Source: Melioribacter roseus
Lineage (GTDB): Bacteria; Bacteroidota; Ignavibacteria; Ignavibacteriales; Melioribacteraceae
Assembly (NCBI GenBank): GCA_020726285.1
Contig: DYSW01000003.1
Span: 30,990-94,989, forward strand
Direction of reading: 5' to 3'
DNA length: 64,000 nt
The notes under the pieces were generated by a model. It searched no databases and had not been told where the DNA came from. It was given only the letters and a program-made list of their open reading frames with translations. The position numbers and the translations under genes are program-made. Shown here piece after piece: positions 29,029 to 38,522 of the stretch; the first letter of the stretch is position 1; each line of letters begins with the position of its first letter.

Positions 29029-29460
29029 ATGAAAGAAAGACATTATGAAAGTGTTGTCTTAATTAATGCCGCTTTAGAAGATGAAAAAATACAAGAAATC
29101 ATCGGAAAAATTAAAGAAATGCTAACAAATGGCGGTGTTACAAACCTAGAAGTAGAAGACTGGGGACGAAAAAGATTAGCTTATGCCGTAAAAAAATCAA
29201 AAACTGGCTACTATGCACTTTTTCGTTATATCTCTACACCCGATTTCATCTCAAAAATTGAGAGATCCTTCAATCTGAATGAACAAATCTATCGTTCACT
29301 AACAATCCTACTTTCTAAAGAAGATATTGCATTTAATACAAAAAAATCTTTAGAAAATGAAAGTGTTCCAGAAGAAATTGAATTGGTTCCAACTGCTGAA
29401 ATTGTTGAAGCTGAGACTGAAATTACATTTGAAGAAAATGTAACTGATGAGAAAGAATAA
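29029..29460 (+). CDS. rpsF: 30S ribosomal protein S6
   Basis: 143 aa. YE.V.LIN... and WG.R.LAY blocks, with an acidic C-terminal tail. GGGAG SD. Confidence 0.95.
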   Translation: MKERHYESVVLINAALEDEKIQEIIGKIKEMLTNGGVTNLEVEDWGRKRLAYAVKKSKTGYYALFRYISTPDFISKIERSFNLNEQIYRSLTILLSKEDIAFNTKKSLENESVPEEIELVPTAEIVEAETEITFEENVTDEKE

Positions 29461-29479
29461 GATTTGGAGAGATTAAGTA

Positions 29480-29947
29480 ATGGCTGAACTAAAAATGCCT
29501 GAGTTGAATTTTGTAACGGTTGCTGGTAATTTAACAAAAGCCCCGATTTATAGAGAAACATCATCTAATACACCAGTTGTCAATTTTCATATTGCTGTTA
29601 ATAGAAGATATAAAGATGGACAGAATCAGTGGCAAGAAGATGTTTGTTATGTTGGAATTGTTGCTTGGAACAAATTAGCCGAAAGTTGTAAAGGAAGACT
29701 TAACAAAGGAAGTGCAGTTCTTGTTGAAGGAGAATTGCAAAGCCGTACTTTCAAAATAGAAGAAGATAAGAATCGTACAATTGTCGAAATTAAAGCTAAA
29801 AGAGTTCAATTCCTAAACAAAGTCAATAAAAACGGAGATGAAGAAGAAATTTCTGTTTCTGAAGAATTTATTGATGATAACGGAGTTGAAGATAGCTCAT
29901 TTGACAAATTCTTAACTGAAGAAGAATCAAAATTGATTAATGAATAA
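29480..29947 (+). CDS. ssb: Single-stranded DNA-binding protein (non-canonical C-terminus)
   Basis: 155 aa. OB-fold N-terminus [14 protein letters not shown]...F.IAVNRRY...V.W..LAE, in the conserved rpsF-ssb-rpsR position. The tail ends ...[17 protein letters not shown] rather than D-D-D-I-P-F. Confidence 0.9.
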   Translation: MAELKMPELNFVTVAGNLTKAPIYRETSSNTPVVNFHIAVNRRYKDGQNQWQEDVCYVGIVAWNKLAESCKGRLNKGSAVLVEGELQSRTFKIEEDKNRTIVEIKAKRVQFLNKVNKNGDEEEISVSEEFIDDNGVEDSSFDKFLTEEESKLINE

Positions 29948-30168
29948 TGGAGATAAAAATGAAATCTAAAAAAGTAGCTAGAGTATTTGAAGGTCATATT
30001 GACTACAAAGACCCTAAAAAATTAATAAAATTTATTAGCGATCAAGGAAAAATTATTCCTCGAAGAGTAACTAGTTTAACTGCAAGTCAACATCGCGAAT
30101 TAGTTATTGCAATAAAAAGAGCAAGACAATTGGCTTTTCTTCCATACGTAGCAGAATCGATAAAATAG
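29947..30168 (+). CDS. rpsR: 30S ribosomal protein S18
   Basis: 73 aa. [19 protein letters not shown] and AIKRAR.LAFLPY. The start could be the ATG at 29947 (TAATG overlap with ssb) or at 29959. Confidence 0.95.
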   Translation: MEIKMKSKKVARVFEGHIDYKDPKKLIKFISDQGKIIPRRVTSLTASQHRELVIAIKRARQLAFLPYVAESIK

Positions 30169-30178
30169 AGGAGAAACA

Positions 30179-30622
30179 ATGAAAGTTATTTTAAGAAAAA
30201 ATCACGATAAACTTGGTAAAATTGGTGAAATTGTTGAAGTAAAAAGCGGTTTCGCTACAAACTTCCTTTTTCCACGCAAAATTGCATACATTGCAACTGC
30301 CGGAAATATTTTAGCACTGGAACAAGAAAAAAAATCTGCAACAAAACGTGAAGCCGCTGAATTAGCTAAGGCTCAATCTTTTGCAAATGATCTTGAAAAA
30401 ATATCAGTAACGATTACTGTTAAAGTTGGTGAAGATGAAAGATTATTTGGTTCTGTTACAAGTCAAATGATAGCTGATGCTATTAAAGAAAAAGGTTTTG
30501 AAATAGACAAACGAAAAATTGAACTTGAAGATTCAATCAAAGCACTTGGTATTTACGAAATAAAAATTAAAATACACCCTGAAGTTTTAGCTACAATTAA
30601 AACTTGGGTTGTAAAAGAATAA
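30179..30622 (+). CDS. rplI: 50S ribosomal protein L9
   Basis: 147 aa. MKVILRKN...LGK.GE.VEVK.G.A.NFL.P start. GAGGAG SD. Confidence 0.95.
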   Translation: MKVILRKNHDKLGKIGEIVEVKSGFATNFLFPRKIAYIATAGNILALEQEKKSATKREAAELAKAQSFANDLEKISVTITVKVGEDERLFGSVTSQMIADAIKEKGFEIDKRKIELEDSIKALGIYEIKIKIHPEVLATIKTWVVKE

Positions 30623-30658
30623 TTGTGTAACTAATTCAAAAATTAAAACGAAATTAAT

Positions 30659-32542
30659 ATGAAAGAATTTAGATTTAAGCTAATATTAATTTTAGCATTT
30701 ATCGGTCTAAACTTATATTTACTATATCCAACTTACCAAGATTACGTAAATACTGAAGAAATTAAACAAGAAATAAGTACAATTTCTAAAAAAGTTAAAG
30801 TAAATAATCCAACAATTTCTGAATTGGATTTAAATCAACAACTTTCTTATAAAGAAGATAGCATCCGCGTTTCTAATCCTTCCTATAAAAATGCAAGTGA
30901 AAAGCGAGTAAAATTAGGTTTGGATTTGCAAGGTGGTATGTACTTAGTTCTTGAAGTTAACACTGGTAAATTGTTAGAAAAACTTGTTCAACAACCAGAT
31001 AATACAATTAAGCAGATTTTAGCAGAAGCTGAAGCCATAGCAAAAGTTACAGATGAAGATTTGGTTTCTTTAGTCGCTCAAAAGTTACAAGAAAAACAAA
31101 TCAGATTAAGCAGATATTTCGGAAATGTCCGCGAATCTGATAATGAAATTATTGCAAAACTAAAAGCACAAGAAGAAGATGCTGTAAAACGAGCTACTGA
31201 GATAATCGAAAATCGTGTAAATCAATATGGTGTTTCTGAACCCAATATTCAACCACAAGGTGCAAGAAGAATAATTGTTGAATTACCTGGTATTTCCAAA
31301 GAAGAAGAAGCAAAAAGATTGTTACAAGGTCGTGCATTGTTGCAATTTTCGCTTGTTAAAGACCCTGAATTTACAGTGAAAATAATGAATGCAATTGATC
31401 AACACCTTGCACAACTAACTGGTGGAAATGATAGTACAACGGCAAAGCAAGATACTTCAAAAAAATTATCAGAAGATGAATTCAGAAAACAACATCCTTT
31501 CTTTGCAGTTGCAATTATTAATCCACAAAGCCCGGTTGCCGATGCTTTTGTAAAAGAACAAAATGTGGCATTACTCAAAAATTATTTTGCAAGACCTGAT
31601 GTTCAGGCAATGATTCCAGATAATGTACAATTTGTTTTTAGTGCAAAACCAACAATTACTGAAACTAACGAAAAAGTTTACAGAATGTACTTGGTTAATA
31701 AAAATCCCGAACTTACAGGTGAAGTAATTGTTGATGCTCAAGCAAATATCGATCCACAGACAACATCTCCAATAGTTTCTATGCAGATGAATTCTGAAGG
31801 TGGTTTGGAATGGGCAAGAATTACTGGTGCAAATGTAAATAAACGAATTGCAGTTATTCTGGATGGAGTTGTTTACACAGCCCCGAACGTAATGGGAAAA
31901 ATTACTGGTGGAAGATCGCAGATTGAAGGTTCAGAGAATCTTGAAGAAGCAAAATTACTTGAAATTGTATTAAAAGCTGGTGCATTACCTGCTCCTATTG
32001 ATATAATTGAAGAAAGAACAGTTGGACCATCTTTAGGACAAGACTCAATTTACCAAGGTGTAATGTCATCAGTTGTTAGTTTTGTTCTTGTTGGATTGTT
32101 TATGCTATTTTACTATAGAACAGGTGGTTCTGTTGCTGGTTTATCTATTTTCCTAACATTATTATTTATCATGGGAATTTTAGCTGGATTTCACGCAACA
32201 TTAACATTACCTGGTATTGCTGGTATTATCTTAACAATCGGGATGGCGGTTGATGCTAACGTAATTATTTATGAGAGAATGCGAGAAGAATTGGCTTCTG
32301 GTAAAACATTAAAGTCTGCAATTTCTGCTGGTTTCACTAATTCTTATTCTGCAATTATAGACTCAAACATTACAACATTTATAACCGGTGCTATTCTTTA
32401 CCAATTTGGTAGTGGTCCTGTGCAAGGATTTGCTCTTACTTTAATGATTGGTATCGTAATAACTTTATTCAGTGCTTTTGTACTATCTCGAGTAGTTCTC
32501 GATATTATGGTTGCAAAAGGTATGAAAATTAATCTCGGTTAA
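30659..32542 (+). CDS. secD: Protein translocase subunit SecD
   Basis: 627 aa. N-terminal TM, large periplasmic domain (LGLDLQGG...), and a C-terminal 5-TM block with DANVIIYERMREE. Confidence 0.93.
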   Translation: MKEFRFKLILILAFIGLNLYLLYPTYQDYVNTEEIKQEISTISKKVKVNNPTISELDLNQQLSYKEDSIRVSNPSYKNASEKRVKLGLDLQGGMYLVLEVNTGKLLEKLVQQPDNTIKQILAEAEAIAKVTDEDLVSLVAQKLQEKQIRLSRYFGNVRESDNEIIAKLKAQEEDAVKRATEIIENRVNQYGVSEPNIQPQGARRIIVELPGISKEEEAKRLLQGRALLQFSLVKDPEFTVKIMNAIDQHLAQLTGGNDSTTAKQDTSKKLSEDEFRKQHPFFAVAIINPQSPVADAFVKEQNVALLKNYFARPDVQAMIPDNVQFVFSAKPTITETNEKVYRMYLVNKNPELTGEVIVDAQANIDPQTTSPIVSMQMNSEGGLEWARITGANVNKRIAVILDGVVYTAPNVMGKITGGRSQIEGSENLEEAKLLEIVLKAGALPAPIDIIEERTVGPSLGQDSIYQGVMSSVVSFVLVGLFMLFYYRTGGSVAGLSIFLTLLFIMGILAGFHATLTLPGIAGIILTIGMAVDANVIIYERMREELASGKTLKSAISAGFTNSYSAIIDSNITTFITGAILYQFGSGPVQGFALTLMIGIVITLFSAFVLSRVVLDIMVAKGMKINLG

Positions 32543-32563
32543 ATATTAGGAGAAATTAAATAA

Positions 32564-33703
32564 ATGCGAATATTTCAAAATGTAAACATAAATTTCTTAG
32601 CAAAAAGAAAGATTTTCTATATGGTTTCATCAAGTTTGATTCTATTGGGAATAATTAGTTTTATTATTCGTGGTTTAGAATTTGGAATCGATTTTCAAGG
32701 AGGAACCGAAATTGGACTTTCTTTCCAAAAACCTGTAGATATTTCTGAAGTTAGAAATCAAATAAATTCAATTGGTTTAGGACAAGTTGAAGTTAAAACA
32801 TTTGGTGGTTCAAAAGGTGTTTTAGTTAGAACTGAATTACAAGTTATTCCAAAAAATCTATTTCCAAAAATTGAAAGTAACATCAAATCTTCAATCAATT
32901 CAATTTTGCCTAATATTGAATTTATGACAATAGAAAAAACTGAAAACTCAGTTACTTTCAAATTCCAAAATGCTGACACAGCAAAAGTAATTTCGGAAAA
33001 ACTGCTTGAAAATGGCTATCAAACAACATACACAAATGACGAACAATTTGGTAAGAATGTTGTAGTCAGAGTTGGTATTTCTGATTGGATTAAAGAAAAT
33101 ATAAAAGGAAAATTCTCTGATAATAGCTTTATTGTATTGAAAGAAGAACAAGTAGGTCCAAAAATTGGCGAAGAATTAAAATCTGATGCAGCTATTGCAA
33201 TTATACTTGCAATTATCTCAATTATGATTTATATGACTTTTCGATTTAAATTTATCTTTTCAATTGGTGCAGGTTTAGCTTTATTTCACGATGTTTTAAT
33301 TACACTCGGACTTTTTTCGTTACTTTACGGCGTTCTCGATTATCTTAATTTGGAAATCTCAATTAACGTTGTGGCTGCATTTTTAACATTAATTGGGTTT
33401 TCAATAAATGATACAGTTATTGTTTTCGATAGAATCAGAGAAAATATGAAAATTCACAAAACTGCTTCAATAGAATTTAATATTAATCACGCAATCAACC
33501 AAACTTTGCCAAGAACCGTAATTACATCTTTAACTGTTTGGTCTGTTACTGTAATTTTATTCTTTCTCGGTGGCGACGTTTTACGAGGATTTGCGTTTAC
33601 TCTATTTATTGGAATTATAGTTGGTACTTACTCATCAATTTATGTTGCTTCAGCAATAATTTATGATTACTCACTTAAAACCAAAAAGATAATAGAATTC
33701 TAA
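32564..33703 (+). CDS. secF: Protein translocase subunit SecF
   Basis: 379 aa. GIDFQGGT block and a C-terminal TM bundle with SINDTVIVFDRIREN. AGGAG SD. Confidence 0.93.
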   Translation: MRIFQNVNINFLAKRKIFYMVSSSLILLGIISFIIRGLEFGIDFQGGTEIGLSFQKPVDISEVRNQINSIGLGQVEVKTFGGSKGVLVRTELQVIPKNLFPKIESNIKSSINSILPNIEFMTIEKTENSVTFKFQNADTAKVISEKLLENGYQTTYTNDEQFGKNVVVRVGISDWIKENIKGKFSDNSFIVLKEEQVGPKIGEELKSDAAIAIILAIISIMIYMTFRFKFIFSIGAGLALFHDVLITLGLFSLLYGVLDYLNLEISINVVAAFLTLIGFSINDTVIVFDRIRENMKIHKTASIEFNINHAINQTLPRTVITSLTVWSVTVILFFLGGDVLRGFAFTLFIGIIVGTYSSIYVASAIIYDYSLKTKKIIEF

Positions 33704-33724
33704 CAAGCTAAAATATTATTAATT

Positions 33725-33752
33725 AAAAATCCCGATTTTCTGTCGGGATTTT
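33725..33752. terminator. Bidirectional Rho-independent terminator between secF and pdxJ
   Basis: AAAAATCCCGA-tttctg-TCGGGATTTTT, a perfect 11-bp stem that includes the A and T tracts. Confidence 0.85.
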
Positions 33753-33787
33753 TAATTTTAAACAAATACTTAAACCGAAATAAACAA

Positions 33788-34504
33788 CTATCCGTTCTTA
33801 ATAAGATTTTGCATTGTATGAATTGCTTCTTCTAATCCAAAAAATACTGAACGAGCAATTACAGCGTGACCAATACTAACTTCATCAATTCCTTCTATTT
33901 GTCGAAATTCTTTAATATTAAGATAATCCAAACCATGCCCAGCATTAACACCAAGTTGTATTTTTTTAGCATGTTTAACCGCTAAACGAATTTTTTCCAT
34001 TTCATCATACATTTCATCTTCTGACTTAGAATTTGCAAAAACACCAGTATGAATTTCAATAAAATCAGCATTTATTGATGAAGCCGCGTCAATCTGAATA
34101 ATTTCTGGTTCGATAAATAAAGAAACAGGAATGTTTGCGGAATGTAATCTGTCAATTGCATTTCTAAGAGTTTCAAGATTATCAACAACATTCAAACCAC
34201 CTTCAGTTGTCAATTCTCTACGTTTTTCTGGAACGATTGTTGCCAATTCCGGCTTTACTTCGCAAGCTATTGTAATTATTTCGTCAATTGCAGCCATTTC
34301 CAAATCTAATTTTGTTGTTAACAATTCTTTTAGCAGAAAAACATCTGAATCATTAATGTGTCTTCTATCTTCACGGAGATGAACAACAATTCCATCTACA
34401 CCAAATTTTTCAGCAAGCAAAGCAAATGTAACTGGATTTGGGTGTTTTTCACCACGAGCATTTCGTAACGTAGCAACATGATCAATATTTAGTGAAAATT
34501 TCAT
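33788..34504 (-). CDS. pdxJ: Pyridoxine 5'-phosphate synthase
   Basis: 238 aa. L.IDHVATLRNARG start, HLREDRRHI, and EIHTG. Confidence 0.95.
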   Translation of the reverse strand: MKFSLNIDHVATLRNARGEKHPNPVTFALLAEKFGVDGIVVHLREDRRHINDSDVFLLKELLTTKLDLEMAAIDEIITIACEVKPELATIVPEKRRELTTEGGLNVVDNLETLRNAIDRLHSANIPVSLFIEPEIIQIDAASSINADFIEIHTGVFANSKSEDEMYDEMEKIRLAVKHAKKIQLGVNAGHGLDYLNIKEFRQIEGIDEVSIGHAVIARSVFFGLEEAIHTMQNLIKNG

Positions 34505-34525
34505 TTTTTTCTCATTTTGATTTAT

Positions 34526-35311
34526 CTAAAAGGTGAAATGTTTAATTTTTTCTCCTTTTTCACCGATTTCTGTCATTGCTTCAATTCCAATTTGTAAATG
34601 CATATCAACATACTGGGTAGTTACTCTTTTGTCAGATTCTTCCGTTTTAATACCTTGTGGAATCATTGGTAAATCCGAAACAAGTAATAATGCTCCGCGT
34701 GAAATTTCGTTTGCATAACCAGAAATAAACAAAGTTGCAGTTTCCATATCAATTCCAATAGCTCGGGATATTCTAAGCTTTTCTTTGAAATTATTATCAA
34801 ATTCCCATAATCTTCTATTTGTTGTGTAAACAACTCCTGTTCTGTATTCCATATTTTTGGACAATATTTTTTCAGAAACAAACTTATGTAATTTGAAAGA
34901 AGGCAAAGCTGGAACTTCCGGAGGCATATAATCGTTACTTGTTCCTTCACCACGAATTGCAGCAATTGGTAAAATAAAATGTCCGATTTCGGAGGTTTTT
35001 TTCAAACCACCACATTTTCCTAAAAAAAGTACACTTTCCGGTTTTTTGGCAGAAAGCAAATCCATAATTGTGGCTGTATTCGGAGAACCCATTCCAAAAT
35101 TTATAATGCTTAAATTGTTTTTATTTGATGCAGATTGCATTGGTCGTCCAATTCCTTTAATCTCAACATCAAAGATTTCGGCAAATTTTTGAACATAATT
35201 GTTAAAATTTGTTAAAAGAATGTAATCTGCAAGCTCTGTTATTTCTGAACCTGTATATCTCGGTAACCAATCGCGAGCAATATCGTATTTTGAAATTTCT
35301 CTATAATTCAT
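34526..35311 (-). CDS. AMP nucleosidase, short form (catalytic PNP/UDP-1 domain only)
   Basis: 261 aa. Collinear with the C-terminal catalytic half of E. coli Amn as I recall it: YTG...Y.LLTNF..YV..F, INFGMGSPN..TI.DLL, FLGKCGGL, TGVVYTTNRR.WE, SRAIGIDMETAT, LLLVSD.P, HLQIGIEA. Confidence 0.8.
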   Translation of the reverse strand: MNYREISKYDIARDWLPRYTGSEITELADYILLTNFNNYVQKFAEIFDVEIKGIGRPMQSASNKNNLSIINFGMGSPNTATIMDLLSAKKPESVLFLGKCGGLKKTSEIGHFILPIAAIRGEGTSNDYMPPEVPALPSFKLHKFVSEKILSKNMEYRTGVVYTTNRRLWEFDNNFKEKLRISRAIGIDMETATLFISGYANEISRGALLLVSDLPMIPQGIKTEESDKRVTTQYVDMHLQIGIEAMTEIGEKGEKIKHFTF

Positions 35312-35862
35312 AATAATCTTAATTTTTTAATAATTAATGCTGCAAAATATCCAATAATTGTTCCAACAATCGCACCTACAAAAATATCTGAGGGATAGTG
35401 AACTCCAACAATTGGGCGGGAAATTGCAACAAAAGTTGCAATTGTAAAGAAAATATACTTAAAACGTGAATAGAAAATTGATAAAAAAGTGGCAACTGCA
35501 AAATTATTTGTCGCATGTGAAGATGGCATGGAAAAAGATTTTGAACATTTAACAAGTAAATTTACATTTTCAAGTGCGTTACATGGACGAACTCGTTCGA
35601 AAAAATCTTTAAGAAACGAAGAAGCAACTTGATCTGAAATTGTAACAACAAGTAATACTGAAATAGCAATAATTTTTCCTTTTTTACCTTCTTTAAAAAA
35701 TAATATTAACCAAAAAATCAAATAAACCAAGATCCAACTTTTTAATTGGGTTATAAATGTGAAAAAATTATTAGAAATTGGATTTGAAATTGTTGAATTC
35801 AAAAAGCGGAAGAGTTCGATATCTATATTTTCTAAAATATTCATAAGTAAAATTTGTTTCAC
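35308..35862 (-). CDS. PAP2-family lipid phosphatase
   Basis: 184 aa membrane protein with the tripartite PAP2 signature (K....RP ... PSSHA ... SR...GVHYPSD). Confidence 0.85.
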   Translation of the reverse strand: MKQILLMNILENIDIELFRFLNSTISNPISNNFFTFITQLKSWILVYLIFWLILFFKEGKKGKIIAISVLLVVTISDQVASSFLKDFFERVRPCNALENVNLLVKCSKSFSMPSSHATNNFAVATFLSIFYSRFKYIFFTIATFVAISRPIVGVHYPSDIFVGAIVGTIIGYFAALIIKKLRLL

Positions 35863-35980
35863 AAAAATAGGTTATACATTATTAACTACAAAATACCATT
35901 TTCTAATATTCAATAATGCGAAAAAAGAGTAATAAAAAAACTAAATTCAATATATTTGATTACGAAAAATTAAAGAAAAA

Positions 35981-36781
35981 ATGATGTTAAATATTTTGTT
36001 TATTGGAGATATTGTAGGACAAGCAGGAATGCAGATTGCTGAAACTTGGTTACCAAGTTTAATAAAGCAAAATCATGCAGATCTTGTAATTATAAATGCC
36101 GAAAATGCTTCAGAAGGCAAAGGTGCTACAGAAAAAGAAGCTGGAGTTTTATTCAATCTTGGTGCTTCAGTTTTAACAGGCGGAAATCACACTTTTGAAA
36201 AAGCACTTTCGCAAGAATATCTTAAAAAAGAAAGACGATTTTTACGACCGCTAAATTATCCACAAGGAACTTACGGTTTCGGCTTTTATATCGCTGAAAC
36301 ACCAAAAGGAAAAGTTGGCATTCTTAACTTGCAAGGAAGAACATTTCTTCCTCCAATTGATTGTCCATTTCGTGCTGCTGAATGGGCAATTAAGAAAATT
36401 AAAGAGCAAACAAATACTATTTTTATTGATTTTCATGCTGAATCAACTGCCGAAAAATTAGCACTTGCAAATTTTGTTAAAAATGATGTTTCAGTTTTTG
36501 TCGGAACTCATACACACATTCAAACTGCTGATGAAAGAATTTTTGATTCTGGAATGGCATATATTTCTGATGTTGGAATGACCGGACCTTATGATTCGGT
36601 TATTGGAATGAAAACAGACGCCGCAATTAATAGATTTTTATATCAAACACCACAAAAATATTTGGTTGCTACTGATGAACTTCGACTTTCAGGAATACTA
36701 GCAAAAGTAAACCCGGGAACAGGAAAAGCAACATCAATTGAAAGAATATTAGTCCCAGAATTTGAGAGAACGCGAGAATGA
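35981..36781 (+). CDS. ymdB: YmdB-type metallophosphoesterase (TIGR00282 family, 2',3'-cyclic-nucleotide phosphodiesterase-like)
   Basis: 266 aa. ILFIGDIVG, NAENA..GKG, GGNHTF, DFHAE.T.EK and GTHTHIQTAD. Exact TATATTTG box at 35951..35958. Confidence 0.88.
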   Translation: MMLNILFIGDIVGQAGMQIAETWLPSLIKQNHADLVIINAENASEGKGATEKEAGVLFNLGASVLTGGNHTFEKALSQEYLKKERRFLRPLNYPQGTYGFGFYIAETPKGKVGILNLQGRTFLPPIDCPFRAAEWAIKKIKEQTNTIFIDFHAESTAEKLALANFVKNDVSVFVGTHTHIQTADERIFDSGMAYISDVGMTGPYDSVIGMKTDAAINRFLYQTPQKYLVATDELRLSGILAKVNPGTGKATSIERILVPEFERTRE

Positions 36782-37659
36782 AAATTATTAATGGAAAGTT
36801 GATTTCCGAGCAAATTATATTAGAATTGAAAGAAGAAATTGCTAAAATTATCCAGAAAAAAGAAAGAGTCCCAGGATTAGTTGCAATTTTAGTCGGGGAA
36901 AATCCAGCCTCAAAAGTTTATGTAAATTCGAAGAAAAAAGCATGTGACAATATCGGATTTCATTCAGAAGTACTAAAACTGAGTGAAGATATTTCTGAAT
37001 TGGAATTAGTTGAAATTGTTCAAAAATATAATAAAAATGAACTATTTGATGGAATACTAGTACAACTTCCACTTCCAAAACATATTTCTGAAGACAAAAT
37101 AATTGAAACAATTTCTCCCAAAAAAGATGTTGATGGATTTCACCCAATTAATGTTGGAAAATTATCCATCGGGCAAGATTCACTAATTCCATGTACACCT
37201 TACGGAATTATGGAATTGCTAAAGCGTTATAAAATTCAAACAGTTGGAAAACATGTTGTTGTTGTGGGAAGAAGTAACATTGTTGGAAAACCAATTGCAA
37301 ATTTAATGTTACAAAAAAATAATAATGCTAATTCTACAGTTACAATTGTTCATTCCGCAACAAAAAACATTTCTCATTATACAAAACAAGCTGACATTTT
37401 AATTGCAGCAATTGGTAAAGCAAATTTTATTACATCAGAAATGATAAAAGAAAATACAACAATAATTGATGTTGGAATTAATAGAATTGAAGATTCAAGT
37501 TCACCAAAAGGTTATAAATTAGTTGGTGATGTAGATTTTAACTCTGCTTCTGAAAAAGCGGAATTTATAACTCCAGTGCCAGGTGGCGTTGGACCAATGA
37601 CAATCGCAATGCTTATGACAAATACTTACAAAGCTTATTTAAGGAATATTAATAAATGA
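36778..37659 (+). CDS. folD: Bifunctional methylenetetrahydrofolate dehydrogenase / methenyl-THF cyclohydrolase
   Basis: 293 aa. PGLA.ILVG.NPAS..YV..K, DGFHP.N.GKL, VVVGRSNIVGKP and PVPGGVGPMT. Confidence 0.96.
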   Translation: MKIINGKLISEQIILELKEEIAKIIQKKERVPGLVAILVGENPASKVYVNSKKKACDNIGFHSEVLKLSEDISELELVEIVQKYNKNELFDGILVQLPLPKHISEDKIIETISPKKDVDGFHPINVGKLSIGQDSLIPCTPYGIMELLKRYKIQTVGKHVVVVGRSNIVGKPIANLMLQKNNNANSTVTIVHSATKNISHYTKQADILIAAIGKANFITSEMIKENTTIIDVGINRIEDSSSPKGYKLVGDVDFNSASEKAEFITPVPGGVGPMTIAMLMTNTYKAYLRNINK

Positions 37660-38522
37660 ATAGTTTGATCGATAAAGTTGTATCCGAAGTATTTATTGAA
37701 AAATCATTACATAGTTTTTATTGTAAATACAATACTTGCGAAGGTTGGGAAAGAAATGTTGTAGAGCAACCCAAAGCTGTAGAAAATATTGTTAAAAACG
37801 GTGCAGATAGAATTGCAGCAGGTTTGGGAATTGGTTCACAAATTGCAGACTTAGAAATTGCAAGAATGATAGACCACACTTTGCTAAAATCTGATGTTAC
37901 TCCAGAAGAAATTACCCAACTTTGCCTCGAAGCCAAACAATTTGAATTTGCATCTGTTTGCGTAAACCCGAGTTATGTTACACAATGTTCAAATATTCTG
38001 AAAAACACAAAAGTAAAAATTTGCACTGTAGTCGGATTTCCTCTCGGAGCAACAACTACAGAAGTAAAACGATGGGAAACTGAACAAGCTATTTCGAATG
38101 GAGCGGAAGAAATTGATATGGTAATTCACGTTGGAAAACTAAAATCCGGTGATTACGATTACATTTTTAATGATATAAATCAAGTTGTACGCGCAGCTAA
38201 AAAAAGTAACGCAATTTGTAAAGTGATAATTGAAACATCGCTACTTACCGACGAAGAGAAAGTTAAAGCATGTCTAATTGCAAAAGAAGCAAAAGCTGAT
38301 TTCGTAAAGACTTCCACTGGATTTAGTAATGGCGGAGCAACTGCTGGCGATGTTGCATTGATGAAATACGTTGTAGGAAGTTCAGTTGGCGTAAAAGCTT
38401 CAGGCGGAATTCGTTCGACAGAAGACGCAAGAGCAATGATTGAAAGCGGAGCAGATAGAATTGGAGCAAGTGCAAGCGTAAAAATTGTTTTAGGTGGGAA
38501 AACAGAAAGTGGTTCATATTAA
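37656..38522 (+). CDS. deoC: Deoxyribose-phosphate aldolase with ~65-aa N-terminal extension
   Basis: 288 aa. The core runs from ..ARMIDHTLLK through CVNP, VVGFPLGA, EIDMVI, Schiff-base Lys FVKTSTGF and VKASGGIR. It is preceded by MNSLIDKVVSEVFIEKSL... plus a Cys-containing linker. Confidence 0.9.
   Translation: MNSLIDKVVSEVFIEKSLHSFYCKYNTCEGWERNVVEQPKAVENIVKNGADRIAAGLGIGSQIADLEIARMIDHTLLKSDVTPEEITQLCLEAKQFEFASVCVNPSYVTQCSNILKNTKVKICTVVGFPLGATTTEVKRWETEQAISNGAEEIDMVIHVGKLKSGDYDYIFNDINQVVRAAKKSNAICKVIIETSLLTDEEKVKACLIAKEAKADFVKTSTGFSNGGATAGDVALMKYVVGSSVGVKASGGIRSTEDARAMIESGADRIGASASVKIVLGGKTESGSY

Noticed and set aside
35916-35984. 22-codon Lys-rich upstream ORF (MRKKSNKKTKFNIFDYEKLKKK) whose TGA overlaps the ymdB ATG.
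   Set aside because: It has no SD, and an exact TATATTTG -7 box (35951..35958) lies inside it, so the mRNA probably starts downstream of its ATG. In AT-rich sequence such short ORFs arise by chance.
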